Shown piece by piece: positions 44,301-56,764 of a DNA stretch of 64,000 nt. Within the stretch, counting starts at the first letter, position 1. The number at the start of each line of letters is the position of its first letter. The DNA comes from Macrostomum lignano (Eukaryota), in assembly GCA_002269645.1 (NCBI GenBank), contig NIVC01003064.1, positions 1 to 64,000 of the forward strand, in the 5' to 3' direction. Below the pieces are notes generated by a model. That model was given only the letters and a program-made list of their open reading frames with translations, was not told where the DNA came from and searched no databases. A program made the position numbers and the translations under genes.

Positions 44301-47300
44301 ATTGCTATTAATAAACCAAGCATTACTGCACTCAATAAACCAAGGACTATTGCTCTTGGCAAACCAAGGATTACTGCACTCGATAAGCCAAGGATTATTG
44401 CTATTAATAAACCAAGGATTACTGCACTCGATAAGCCAAGGATTATTGCTATTAATAAACCAAGGATTAATGCACTCGATAAACCAAGGATTATTGCTAT
44501 TAATAAACCAAGGATTACTGCACTCGATAAGCCAAGGATTATTGCTATTAATAAACCAAGGATTATGCACTTGGCAAACCAAGGATTACTGCACTCGATA
44601 AGCCAAGGATTATTGCTATTAATAAACCAAGGATTACTGCACTCAATAAACCAAGGACTATTGCTATTAATAAACCAAGGATTACTGCACTCAATAAACC
44701 AAGGACTATTGCTCTTGGCAAACCAAGGATTACTGCACTCGATAAGCCAAGGACTATTGCTCTTGGCAAACCAAGGATTACTGCACTCGATAAGCCATGG
44801 ATTATTGCTATTAATAAACCAAGGATTACTGCACTCGATAAGCCAAGGATTATTGCTATTAATAAACCAAGGATTACTGCACTCGATAAACCAAGGATTA
44901 TGCACTTGGCAAACCAAGGATTACTGCACTCGATAAGCCAAGGATTATTGCTATTAATAAACCAAGGATTACTGCACTCGATAAGCCAAGGATTATTGCT
45001 ATTAATAAACCAAGGATTAATGCACTCGATAAACCAAGGATTATTGCTATTAATAAACCAAGGATTACTGCACTCGATAAGCCAAGGATTATTGCTATTA
45101 ATAAACCAAGGATTATGCACTTGGCAAACCAAGGATTACTGCACTCGATAAGCCAAGGATTATTGCTATTAATAAACCAAGGATTACTGCACTCAATAAA
45201 CCAAGGACTATTGCTATTAATAAACCAAGGATTACTGCACTCAATAAACCAAGGACTATTGCTCTTGGCAAACCAAGGATTACTGCACTCGATAAGCCAA
45301 GGACTATTGCTCTTGGCAAACCAAGGATTACTGCACTCGATAAGCCATGGATTATTGCTATTAATAAACCAAGGATTACTGCACTCGATAAGCCAAGGAT
45401 TATTGCTATTAATAAACCAAGGATTACTGCACTCGATAAACCAAGGATTATGCACTTGGCAAACCAAGGATTACTGCACTCGATAAGCCAAGGATTATTG
45501 CTATTAATAAACCAAGGATTACTGCACTCAATAAACCAAGGACTATTGCTATTAATAAACCAAGGATTACTGCACTCAATAAACCAAGGACTATTGCTCT
45601 TGGCAAACCAAGGATTACTGCACTCGATAAGCCAAGGACTATTGCTCTTGGCAAACCAAGGATTACTGCACTCGATAAGCCATGGATTATTGCTATTAAT
45701 AAACCAAGGATTACTGCACTCGATAAGCCAAGGATTATTGCTATTAATAAACCAAGGATTACTGCACTCGATAAGGCATGGATTATTGCTATTAATAAAC
45801 CAAGGATTACTGCACTCGATAAGCCAAGGATTATTGCTATTAATAAACCATGATTACTGCACTCGATAAGCCAAGGATTATTGCTATTAATAAACCAAGG
45901 ATTACTGCACTCGATAAGCCAAGGATTATTGCTATTAATAAACCAAGGATTACTGCACTCGATAGCCAAGGATTATTGCTATTAATAAACCAAGGATTAA
46001 TGCACTCGATAAACCAAGGATTATTGCTATTAATAAACCAAGGATTACTGCACTCGATAAGCCAAGGATTATTGCTATTAATAAACCAAGGATTATGCAC
46101 TTGGCAAACCAAGGACTATTGCTCTTGGCAAACCAAGGATTACTGCACTCGATAAGCCAAGGATTATTGCTATTAATAAACCAAGGATTACTGCACTCAA
46201 TAAACCAAGGACTATTGCTATTAATAAACCAAGGATTACTGCACTCAATAAACCAAGGACTATTGCTCTTGGCAAACCAAGGATTACTGCACTCGATAAG
46301 CCAAGGACTATTGCTCTTGGCAAACCAAGGATTACTGCACTCGATAAGCCATGGATTATTGCTATTAATAAACCAAGGATTACTGCACTCGATAAGCCAA
46401 GGATTATTGCTATTAATAAACCAAGGATTACTGCACTCGATAAACCAAGGATTATGCACTTGGCAAACCAAGGATTACTGCACTCGATAAGCCAAGGATT
46501 ATTGCTATTAATAAACCAAGGATTACTGCACTCAATAAACCAAGGACTATTGCTATTAATAAACCAAGGATTACTGCACTCAATAAACCAAGGACTATTG
46601 CTCTTGGCAAACCAAGGATTACTGCACTCGATAAGCCAAGGACTATTGCTCTTGGCAAACCAAGGATTACTGCACTCGATAAGCCATGGATTATTGCTAT
46701 TAATAAACCAAGGATTACTGCACTCGATAAGCCAAGGATTATTGCTATTAATAAACCAAGGATTACTGCACTCGATAAGGCATGGATTATTGCTATTAAT
46801 AAACCAAGGATTACTGCACTCGATAAGCCAAGGATTATTGCTATTAATAAACCATGAATTACTGCACTCGATAAGCCAAGGATTATTGCTATTAATAAAC
46901 CAAGGATTACTGCACTCGATAAGCCAAGGATTATTGCTATTAATAAACCAAGGATTACTGCACTCGATAGCCAAGGATTACTGCGCTTGATAAGCTTGGC
47001 TACATGTATAGGATTATTTCTATCCAGGGATGCTTGCTATTTAGGGATTCTTGCTATGTGCAGGATGCTTGCTATCTGGAAGGATGCTTCTACATTATTT
47101 GGGGTATGCTTGCTATCTGCAAGATGCTTGCTATCTGCAAGATGCTTGCTATCTGCAGATGCTTGCTATCTGGGTGGATGCTTGCTAGGAGTATTAGGGG
47201 ATGCTTGCTACTGGGGGGATGCTTGCTGTCTTGGGAATATTTTCTATTTAGGGGTAATGACTAAAATTCATGAGAGCTAGCCTAGAGGTAAACAGACTAA

Positions 47301-49833
47301 ACTGCTAAATGCAGGGACGATGGTTCGAATTTTTAGAGAGTAGAGTTTTTTTAATTAAAGCCTTTTAACGCCAAGACAAAAAAAATTATGGAAGCGTCAT
47401 GTAAACAATCATACAAGCGTCATGTAAACAATCATAGAAGCGTCATGTAAACAATCATAGAAGCGTCATGTAAAAATCATAGAAGCGTCATGTAAAAATC
47501 ATAGAAGCGTAATGTAAACAATCATAGAAGCGTCATGTTAAAATCATAAAAAGCGTCATGTAAAAAATCATAGAAGCGTCATGTAAACAATCATACAAGC
47601 GTCATGTAAACAATCATAGAAGCGTCATGTAAAAATCATACAAGCGTCATGTAAACAAGCATAGAAGCGTCATGAAAAAATTATAGAAGCGTAATGTAAA
47701 CAATCATAGAAGCGTCATGTTAAAATCATACAAGCGTCATGTAAACAATCATACAAGCGTCATGTAAACAATCATAGAAGCGTCATGTAAAAAAATCATA
47801 GAAGCGTCATGTTAAAATCATAGAAGCGTCATGTAAACAATCATAGAAGCGTCATGTAAACAATCATAGAAGCGTCATGTAAAAATCATAGAAGCGTCAT
47901 GTAAAAATCATAGAAGCGTCATGTAAACAATCATAAAAGCGTCATGTAAACAATCATAGAAGCGTCATGTATACAATCATAGAAGCGTCATGTAAACAAT
48001 CATAGAAGCGTCATGTAAAAAATCATAGAAGCGTCATGTAAAAATCATAGAAGCGTCATGTAAAAATCATAGAAGCGTCATGTAAAAATCATAGAAGCGT
48101 CATGTAAAAAATCATAGAAGCGTCATGTAAAAATCATAAAAGCGTCATGTAAAAAATCATAGAAGCGTCATGTAAACAATCATACAAGCGTCATGTAAAC
48201 AATCATAGAAGCGTCATGTAAAAATCATACAAGCGTCATGTAAACAAGCATAGAAGCGTCATGAAAAAATTATAGAAGCCTCATATAAAAACTAATGAAA
48301 GTGTGTCATTTAAAAAATTAAGAAGCATCATGGAAGAATAAAAGAAGCGTAACGTAAAAATCAAAAGAAGCGTCATGTCAGACATGAAAGAAATGTCATA
48401 TAAAAATTAAATGAAGCTATAGTACAGTGCTGTGCTGGGGAGAATTACTGAGACGTCAAGGCTCACAGAGAATAACTGAGATTACAGGGGGGTTTCTGAG
48501 ATGTTAAAGCAAAAGTCAGAAGCTACTTCAAAGTACATGTACTTTACTTAAGTTTTTTATTGCATTCTTTGTTGGCTTGCCACGGTGGGGGGAGGGCGCT
48601 GATAGAAGAAGAGTCATGTAAAAATAAAAGGAGCACTATGTATACATAAAATAAAAGTCATGTCAAAGTTAAAAGATTCATTTGGGAATTGCTACGATGT
48701 CAAAGCTTGGAGGGAATCGTTATAGTGCTGTGATTCTTAAAGAAGGAATCACTTAAATGCCAAGGCTTAGGGAAGAAGAATTGCTGTGATTTCAAGGCTT
48801 TAGGTTGGGTGAAAGTTAGGTTTACGTCAGGTTTGGGTTGAGGGTTAGATTTTAGCGCGTTTCAAGGTTAACAGGGGATTTTTTAGATTTCAAGGTTTAT
48901 GGGGGCCATCGCTGACATGTCAAGGCTTACGGGGGGGGAATAGCTGAGATGCCAAGGCTCACTGGGGTATAAATGAGATTTCAAGGCTAAAGCCAGAAGC
49001 TACATGTAGTTTATTGAAAACTTTTTATTACATTATTTGATGCCTCCTCAGGGGAGGGATCGCTGATAAAAAAAGCGTAATGTAAAAAATAAAAGAAGCT
49101 TCATGTCGAAGTTAAGAGATTCATTTGGGAATCCCTACGATGTCGAGGCTTGCAGGGAATCGCTATAATGCTGTAGTAGTGCTATAGACTCTTAGAGAGA
49201 ATTACTGAAATTTCAATGCTTTAGGGTTAGGGTTAGGGTTAGGGTTAGGGTTAGAAAATAGACAGATTTTTTAAGATTTCAAGGCTTGTGGGAGCATTGC
49301 TGAGATGTCAAGGGGGAGTTGATATGTTAAGGCTTGTGGGGGGGATTGCTGACATGTCAAGGCTTACAAGGGTACTGGTAGCGTACTGAAGCATACTGGT
49401 AGAAGTAGCTCTGAAAGAAGGCAAGTATGGTTGAATTTCAATGTCTGTTATAAAATTCTGCACAAACATGTTTTATTGGTACATAAGCCTGGAATTAAAA
49501 TGAGAATTCGATTCCTAGCCCCCCTCCCTAAGAATTTTTTTTCATTTAAAAGGATTCGTCCCTTGCTTATTGGCCACCCGAAGGCCATTTTTTATCAAAA
49601 ATGATAAAAATAATTTTTATCAAACACGTTGACATATACAGGGCTCTAAACTAAAAACTGTAAAAAGTTGATAGTTTTGTTTTACCTAAAATGCGTTATT
49701 AACGATCTCCAAAAATTCCTATTTTAAGCTTAAGCTTAAGAAAAACACTTAAAGTACTCCTGCTAAAAGGTATATTATATTAGACGAATATTAATTTTTT
49801 CTGCTCCCCGAAGGGGGGCAAAACTTTAGCTAG
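41376..49833 (+). mobile_element. Helitron unit H4 (near-identical copy of H2, 8458 bp)
   Basis: Same termini as H2, offset 12267-12269 throughout. Confidence 0.8.
42048..46983. repeat. 24-bp dimeric satellite, copy B
   Basis: Same units and same variant order as 29779-34716. Confidence 0.97.
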
Positions 49834-50530
49834 TCTAATATACTAAAAATGAAATGCTTGGTTGCTTGCTTGTAATTGATTTTCTCCCGAACGGCTCAAC
49901 CGATTTTCTTCAAACTTGCACCATTCGATCAGAAATTTTCCCGGGACGGTACATGCATATTGGCTAAGAAATTGCTCAATGTTAAAGGGATTAAATATTC
50001 GAAAAACATGATTTTTTGCAAAGGTCAAGCAGCTCTTTCGACCTGAAATGCATTGTAAGAATGCTAGAGAAAAAACTGACTGACTGAATTCCGATTGTGA
50101 TAAAGATTGCATCACAACAAGTTGAAAACAATGCCGAACAAATGCACACAAAACTTGAATGAAATTGCGTAACCATATTGCCAACTTAAATTGAGACTGA
50201 TACTGGCTGACTGAGAAATTGATTATGTCATAATTTTTTACTCCAATTGACTTGCTGTAAGAATTGAATTATAAGGGCCACAATTCATGTTCTCCAATTG
50301 AAAAGAGATAGCCAAGAAAGATGCGAACAGACTGGACTGCTACTGTAGATGATGGAATAGCCGATGTGTAGGCACTAGGAATTGGTTATAGGCTCGGCTA
50401 GGGTTCGATTCTGCACTGCGTCAAATTTCAGCCAGTAGTGATTGAAGATTATTTAAATTTATTTTTTTCATTCACTTCGTAAATAAAATATTATCTGACT
50501 TTGAATCATTGCAAAAATAGAGCTTGAATC

Positions 50531-51920
50531 AGACTAAACCAGAGTTTAAATCATGGCTAAACCAGAGTCTGAATCATGGCTAAAACCAGTGTTTGAATCA
50601 TGGCTAAACCAGAGTCTGAATCATGGCTAAACCAGAGTCTGAATCATGGCTAAAACCAGTGTTTGAATCATGGCTAAACCATTGTTTGAATCATGGCTAA
50701 ACCAGAGTTTAAGTCATGGCTAAACCATCGTTTGAATCATGACTAAACCAAAGTTTGAATCATGGCAAAACCAGAGTTTGAATCATGGCTAAACCATTGT
50801 TTGAATCATGACTAAACCAGAGTTTGAATCGTGGCTAAACCATCGTTTGAATCATGACTAAACCAAAGTTTGAATCATGGCAAAACCAGAGTTTGAATCA
50901 TGGCTAAACCAAAGTTTGAATCATGGCAAAACCAGAGTTTGAATCATGGCTAAACCATCGTTTGAATCATGGCTAAAACCAGTGTTTGAATCATGGCTAA
51001 ACCAGAGTCTGAATCATGGCTAAACCAGAGTCTGAATCATGGCTAAAACCAGTGTTTGAATCATGGCTAAACCATTGTTTGAATCATGGCTAAACCAGAG
51101 TTTAAGTCATGGCTAAACCATCGTTTGAATCATGACTAAACCAAAGTTTGAATCATGGCAAAACCAGAGTTTGAATCATGGCTAAACCAAAGTTTGAATC
51201 ATGGCAAAACCAGAGTTTGAATCATGGCTAAACCATCGTTTGAATCATGGCTAAACCAGAGTTTAAGTCATGGCTAAACCATCGTTTGAATCATGACTAA
51301 ACCAGAGTTTGAATCGTGGCTAAACCATCGTTTGAATCATGACTAAACCAAAGTTTGAATCATGGCAAAACCAGAGTTTGAATCATGGCTAAACCAAAGT
51401 TTGAATCATGGCAAAACCAGAGTTTGAATCATGGCTAAACCATCGTTTGAATCATGGCTAAACCAGAGTTTGAATCATGGCTAAACCAAAGTTTGAATCA
51501 TGGCAAAACCAGAGTTTGAATCATGGCTAAACCATCGTTTGAATCATGGCTAAACCAGAGTTTGAATCATGGCTAAACCAGAGTTTAAGTCATGGCTAAA
51601 CCATCGTTTGAATCATGGCTAAACCAGAGTTTGAATCATGGCTAAACCAAAGTTTGAATCATGGCAAAACCAAAGTTTGAATCATGGCAAAACCAGAGTT
51701 TGAATCGTGGCTAAACCAGAGTTTGAATCATGGCTAAACCAAAGTTTGAATCATGGCAAAACCAAAGTTTGAATCATGGCAAAACCAGAGTTTGAATCGT
51801 GGCTAAACCATCGTTTGAATCATGACTAAACCAGAGTTTGAATCATGGCTAAACGAGAGTCTGACTCATGGCTAAACCAGAGTTTGAATCATGGCTAAAC
51901 CAGAGTTTGAATCATTGCAA
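50531..51920. repeat. 23-bp satellite TTTGAATCATGGCTAAACCAGAG (H5), 115 bp (5 units) shorter than the H3 copy
   Basis: The duplication offset drops from 12269 to 12154 across this array. Confidence 0.95.
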
Positions 51921-52479
51921 AACCAGTTTTGTTAAAAGTGATACTGATTATCACTGATATTGATGATATCACTGATATCAGTGATACTGGTAACTCTGAT
52001 AAGAATTTCACTATGTCAAAAGTACATAGCTGTATCAACCCCACTGGCGAGACAGTCATAAATAGATTACATTCACAGTTTTTTTCACTGGCTGGCGCAG
52101 ACCAGTGTACATTGTGAGCCCTCTGCCCCGGAATTTGGACACACGGGCCTGGAGAGCCCACACCCCAAATCATAGGTTTTTTAGATTTAGACCACAGATA
52201 CTATAAACACTAGATAGGCCACTCCAGCTAATTTTCACAACACGACAGTTTACTCTACTTTCTGCTTAGTAGTAGTAAAAACATTTTAGCGTTATTTATA
52301 TTTTTTTAAAATAAAAAAACAGATGAATGCAATGCAGCAATTGTATTGATTTTTTGCAAAAAGAAACTTATAATTATACTTTCCACAATTCAAAGCAACA
52401 TTGTGAATGCTTTAGATTGCATAGAAGGCTATATTATTGCAGTCTACTATTGTATATTTAGCAAATACGAGCTATATCA

Positions 52480-53700
52480 TATACTCCATAATCCATATTC
52501 GTGAAGCAAAATAGAAAGATTTCTCATCTTAATCAGCTCATCTGTTTGTGAAACTCGCAGCGTGCTGTCGAAGAACAGGGTCGCCAGTCGCCCTTGTTCA
52601 GAGGCAGCATTCAGAACGGCCCAACAGATGAAAAAAACTGGCGAATGCGCCACTTCAAGGTCCAGGGATGTATCCGATGGAGCCAATCCTCAGTGGTTTC
52701 GTAACAGGCAGCCGATAAGCAGCAGGACTTTTGTGGTGCAGCTGCAATGAGCTGCTGATGAGATGACATCCTTTGACCAGAGCACCCCTGACTGCGAGCG
52801 CCCTGCCGCCCAGTCGACCGCTGGAAGCTGCGCTAGCCACGCCTCCACAGTCCATGGATGCACGACTGCGCTGCACTTGCCTTGACCATCGAGAGTTGCC
52901 GCTGCAGCCGCTTGATTTGCCTGTCGCTTTCGGGATTGCCGCTGCAGCCGCTTGATTTGCCTGTCGCTTTCGGGATTGCCGCTGCAGCCGCTTGATTTGC
53001 CTGTCGTTTTCGGGATTGCCGCTGCAGCCGCTTGATTTGCCTGTCGCTTTCGGGATTGCCGCTGCAGCCGCTTGATTCGCCTGTCACTTTCGGGATTGCC
53101 GCTGCAGCCGCTTGATTCGCCTGTCACTTTCGGGATCGTTGCTGCAGCCGCTTGATCTTTGCCTCTAGCGCTTGGAACCCGCGAATCGGCTGCAGAGGTG
53201 AGAGCTTTCAGCCGCAACAGCTGTTCTCGGCGCAGAATCTGGTAGCCGAAGGTTGCTCTGCCACAGCACTGGCAGCAGGCAAGTCGCAGGCTCGGCTGCA
53301 GATAGATTGCTAATTGGCCCCAGCACTGGAGGGTACATGTCGTCTGCCTCTTCATCGTTTATCAGTCCTTTGCACAGAGGGTAGCTGGTCTATTTGAACG
53401 AGCCGAGGCAGCATCAACTCTTGGTGTGGGATTGCGTCCCAGCGAAAACAGATGTCTTGCACATCCGTGGCACTTTGTAAGGCAGCAGTAGGCCTCGTCC
53501 ATAAAGTGCAAGCTGAACACACGGAGGCCCCGTGATTTAATTGTTTATAAAGATCAATATCCACGCTCCTGTAGTAGCTGCTGCCAGCGCTTCGCCAGTG
53601 TCATCTTTTGGTAATTTATGCATTCGCAACGGATTTTTCTTTCTCGGATGTTAATAGCACTAGTACAAAGCTCGTGCAAGTGGGAGCACAGCAGTGGTTC
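52480..53700 (-). pseudogene. Decayed THAP + P-element transposase N-terminal region
   Basis: Across frames it reads NHCCAPTC, MHKLPKDD, KRWQQLL and S.HFMDEAY (THAP). It continues with a coiled-coil LEAKIKRLQ, GVLWSKDVISSA and GRLATLFFD. Confidence 0.7.
52895..53150. repeat. 40-bp tandem repeat inside the P transposase remnant, about 6-7 copies
   Basis: GCCGCTGCAGCCGCTTGATTTGCCTGTCGCTTTCGGGATT. Confidence 0.92.
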
Positions 53701-54403
53701 GAATCAAAACATTTCTCGAGTACAAGATTAGATAGAAAAGCTAGTATGCACTCGAACTTTCTTTAACTCTGACTCTTGTCCTGTTCATCTATATAAGCTT
53801 GTATTTAAGCACGATTCGCCACCCCCAAATTTTCTAACCCACAACCTCTCAACCCCCACCCCACCCCTAACCCAGGCTAGCTATGTGCAGTCCTTTATTT
53901 TCTATCCCACCACCAGTAGGCCTAAATTATCGATCCACTCACCCTGCCTTATACGAAACTGATATTAACCCTATTCCAGACTACCCCCTTCCTCCACTTT
54001 GAAAGATAGCGGCATTGCACACTGTCTGTCGCGTCTTAATGTACACCATTACTGCACAAAACAAGTTAGTTGTTTATGGCGTTAGCAAAACGATGTCTTA
54101 AAAACAGTCACTCGATTTGTCTAATTTAGCAAATAATACTGTTGCTTCCTTTCATTGCTACTAAGCAGAAAGTAGAATAAAAAACTTGCCCAGAAAATTA
54201 GCCTGAGTGGCCTATCTAGTGTTTATAGTATCTGTGATTTAGACCCCTTTCTTCTTTATCGATTTTTCAGTTTCTACCCTGCGTCTTAAGATAAGCTCCA
54301 ATTCAGCCCACTGGATGATAAATAGCCTGTAATAGTTTGGCTCAAGGGCACCTTATCTGATTCTTCAGACATCCAAATTCACAAACTTTCATCTTTCAAA
54401 CCT

Positions 54404-55478
54404 TAGAATCTCTTAGATCCCAATCCTAAATTCATAGAATCTCTTATATCCCAATCCTAAATTCACAGAATCTCTTAGATCCCAATCCTAAATTCACAGA
54501 ATCTCTTAGATCCCAATCCTAAATTCATAGAATCTCTTAGATCCCAATCCTAAATTCACAGAATCTCTTAGATCCCAATCCTAAATTCATAGAATCTCTT
54601 ATATCCCAATCCTAAATTCATAGAATCTCTTAGATCCCAATCCTAATCTCATAGAATCTCTTAGATCCCAATCCTAATCTCATAGAATCTCTTAGATCCC
54701 AATCCTAAATTCATTGAATCTCTTAGATCACAATCCTAAATTCACAGAATCTCTTAGATCCCAATCCTAAATTCACAGAATCTCTTAGATCCCAATCCTA
54801 AATTCACAGAATCTCTTATATCCCAATCCTAAATTCATTGAATCTCTTAGATCCCAATCCTAATCTCATTGAATCTCTTAGATCCCAATCCTAAATTCAT
54901 AGAATCTCTTAGATCCCAATCCTAAATTCATTGAATCTCTTAGATCCCAATCCTAATCTCATTGAATCTCTTAGATCCCAATCCTAAATTCATAGAATCT
55001 CTTAGATCCCAATCCTAAATTCACAGAGTCTCTTAGATCCCAATCCTAAATTCATGGGATCTCTTAGATCCCAATCCTAAATTCATAGAATCTCTTAGAT
55101 CCCAATGCTAAATTCTTAGAATCTCTTAGATCCCAATCCTAAATTCACAGAATCTCTTAGATCCCAATGCTAAATTCAGAGAATCTCTTAGATCCCAATC
55201 CTAAATTCATAGAATCTCTTATATCCCAATCCTAAATTCTTAGAATCTCTTAGATCCCAATCCTAAATTCATAGAATCTCTTAGATCCCAATCCTAAATT
55301 CACAGAATCTCTTAGATCCCAATGCTAAATTCACAGAATCTATTAGATTCCAATCCTAAATTCATAGAATCTCTTAAATCCCAATCCTAAATTCATAGAA
55401 TCTCTTAGATCCCAATCCTAAATTCATAGAATCTCTTAGATCCCAATCCTAAATTCACAGAATCTTATATATCAATCC
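54404..55478. repeat. 31-bp satellite AGAATCTCTTAGATCCCAATCCTAAATTCA(C/T) (also 59706-60038)
   Basis: Period 31 read directly (54421, 54452). Confidence 0.95.
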
Positions 55479-56402
55479 TAGATCATTGCTTAGCCTAATT
55501 GGGTTCATTGCATAACAGAACTAAGATCATTGCTTAGCGTAATTGGGATCATTTGGCATAACTAAGTTGGGATCCTTGCATACTAAATTGGGATCAAGGC
55601 AAACCAGAATAGGATCGGATACAATCGGATCCCAATTTAGTTGTGCCATGAAAGTTAATAAGTAATAGTGAAATTAATGTAGGTAAATATTAGGTGAATA
55701 TATAGCAGGTTGGCTGCATATCAATGGGCCTTGAGATTGTGGTTGAAATAACGTGTTCGCTGCTTTTTCACGATTCAGAGGTTCTTCCACTCTAAAACTG
55801 AGGGTATGCAGCCATGAGAGAGAGGTTTGAAGCAGCTTCAGCAAACCTAGAGACTTGTGATAGCTAAGCTTTTTGTGTGACGTTGAGTGCGTGAACTTAA
55901 CTTGCCCCAGTGAATGCCTCTGACCAGCAGTGCAGAGTAAAGCAAGCCAACAAGCAGTAGGATTGACACCATTATTCTTGCAGTCAAATGCAATGAACTG
56001 TGCAATGATACTGTCTTGTTGGCGGAGCAATCTGCGAATTCATCATCTCTACTGTCTTTGTAAGTAAGTATTCACAAAGCAATTATTAAACTCATCAGTT
56101 GTCATTGAATTCCCTTATTTATAATATGTTATTTTGCATACTTTCATATGGATGTTTGTTTAGTTAAAAACTTTCAATTAAGCTCCAAAACTTCATTTTA
56201 GGTTCTAAATTGATCATAGCAATGAGCTGTGTCAGTTAAGTTTCTTATTTTCATTTAGGAGTAAGAAAAAGCAACACGAAACACTTATTTATCCAGTAAA
56301 CAGAATTATTTATTTTATTTATTTAGAATTCTTTAAATTCTCAAACACATAAATAAAAAAATCAAGAAATCATATCAAGTTAATTCCACAAACAAATTGA
56401 AT

Positions 56403-56433
56403 TTAATTATTCCGCTGCTGCTGCTGCTGCGGC

Positions 56434-56477
<44 letters not shown>

Positions 56478-56478
56478 C

Positions 56479-56522
<44 letters not shown>

Positions 56523-56764
56523 CTGCTGCTGCAGCCGCATGTCGGCCAGGTCCGGACACCGGGCCACAGGGTGACCTCCACCGCAGAGATAACAGGCCAC
56601 TGTTAAGTTTGGAAAGTGCAATTTTACTCAACAGGTGGTTTCGAAAGACTTAATTACAGTAATGAGACTTAGAAATGAGACTTACTAGGTTTTCTAGGGT
56701 GTCCACCACCGCGGCCTCCTCGCCGCCTGCCGCCGCCGGAAAAGAAGTTCTGGGTAAACTTCAT
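56403..56764 (-). CDS. Two-exon 91-aa microprotein: RGG-rich + CX2CX3HX4C zinc knuckle + polyQ
   Basis: Exon 1 56764-56686 (79 nt) reads MKFTQNFFSGGGRRRGGRGGGHPRKP|gtaagt. An 86-nt intron ends ttaacag. Exon 2 56599-56403 reads MACYLCGGGHPVARCPDLADMRL-Q33-P-Q5-RNN*. The frame joins exactly (276 nt). TATAAA at 56838-56843, CCAAT at 56877-56881 and AATAAA at 56309-56314 are all on the minus strand. Confidence 0.75.

Larger units (their letters stand above)
28631..53050. repeat. ~12.2 kb tandem segmental duplication (A 28631-40900; B 40901-53050)
   Basis: Paired ORFs at offset 12269 (29116/41385, 37574/49843) and 12154 after the 23-bp satellite (39741/51895). Confidence 0.92.
52193..54236 (-). 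mobile_element. Non-autonomous P-element-type DNA transposon (2044 bp)
   Basis: 44-bp TIRs CACAGATACTATAAACACTAGATAGGCC.. at 52193-52236 and 54193-54236 (42/44 match). The 8-bp TSD ATTTAGAC lies at 52185-52192 and 54237-54244. Confidence 0.92.

Noticed and set aside
29777-46990. Dozens of ORFs (WFINSNNPWLIECSNP, LGLLIAII, LLHSISQG)
   Set aside because: They are translations of a 24-bp satellite. Several frames on both strands are open because the unit is a multiple of 3, and there are no splice or promoter signals.
55674-56030. 118-aa minus-strand ORF
   Set aside because: TTG start, no recognisable motif, and the start is mutated in the second copy. It is kept only as part of the duplicated-module finding.
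56375-56631. PolyAla, polySer and polyLeu readings of the CTG/CAG tract
   Set aside because: Only the polyQ frame joins the ATG exon in phase and contains the CCHC motif.
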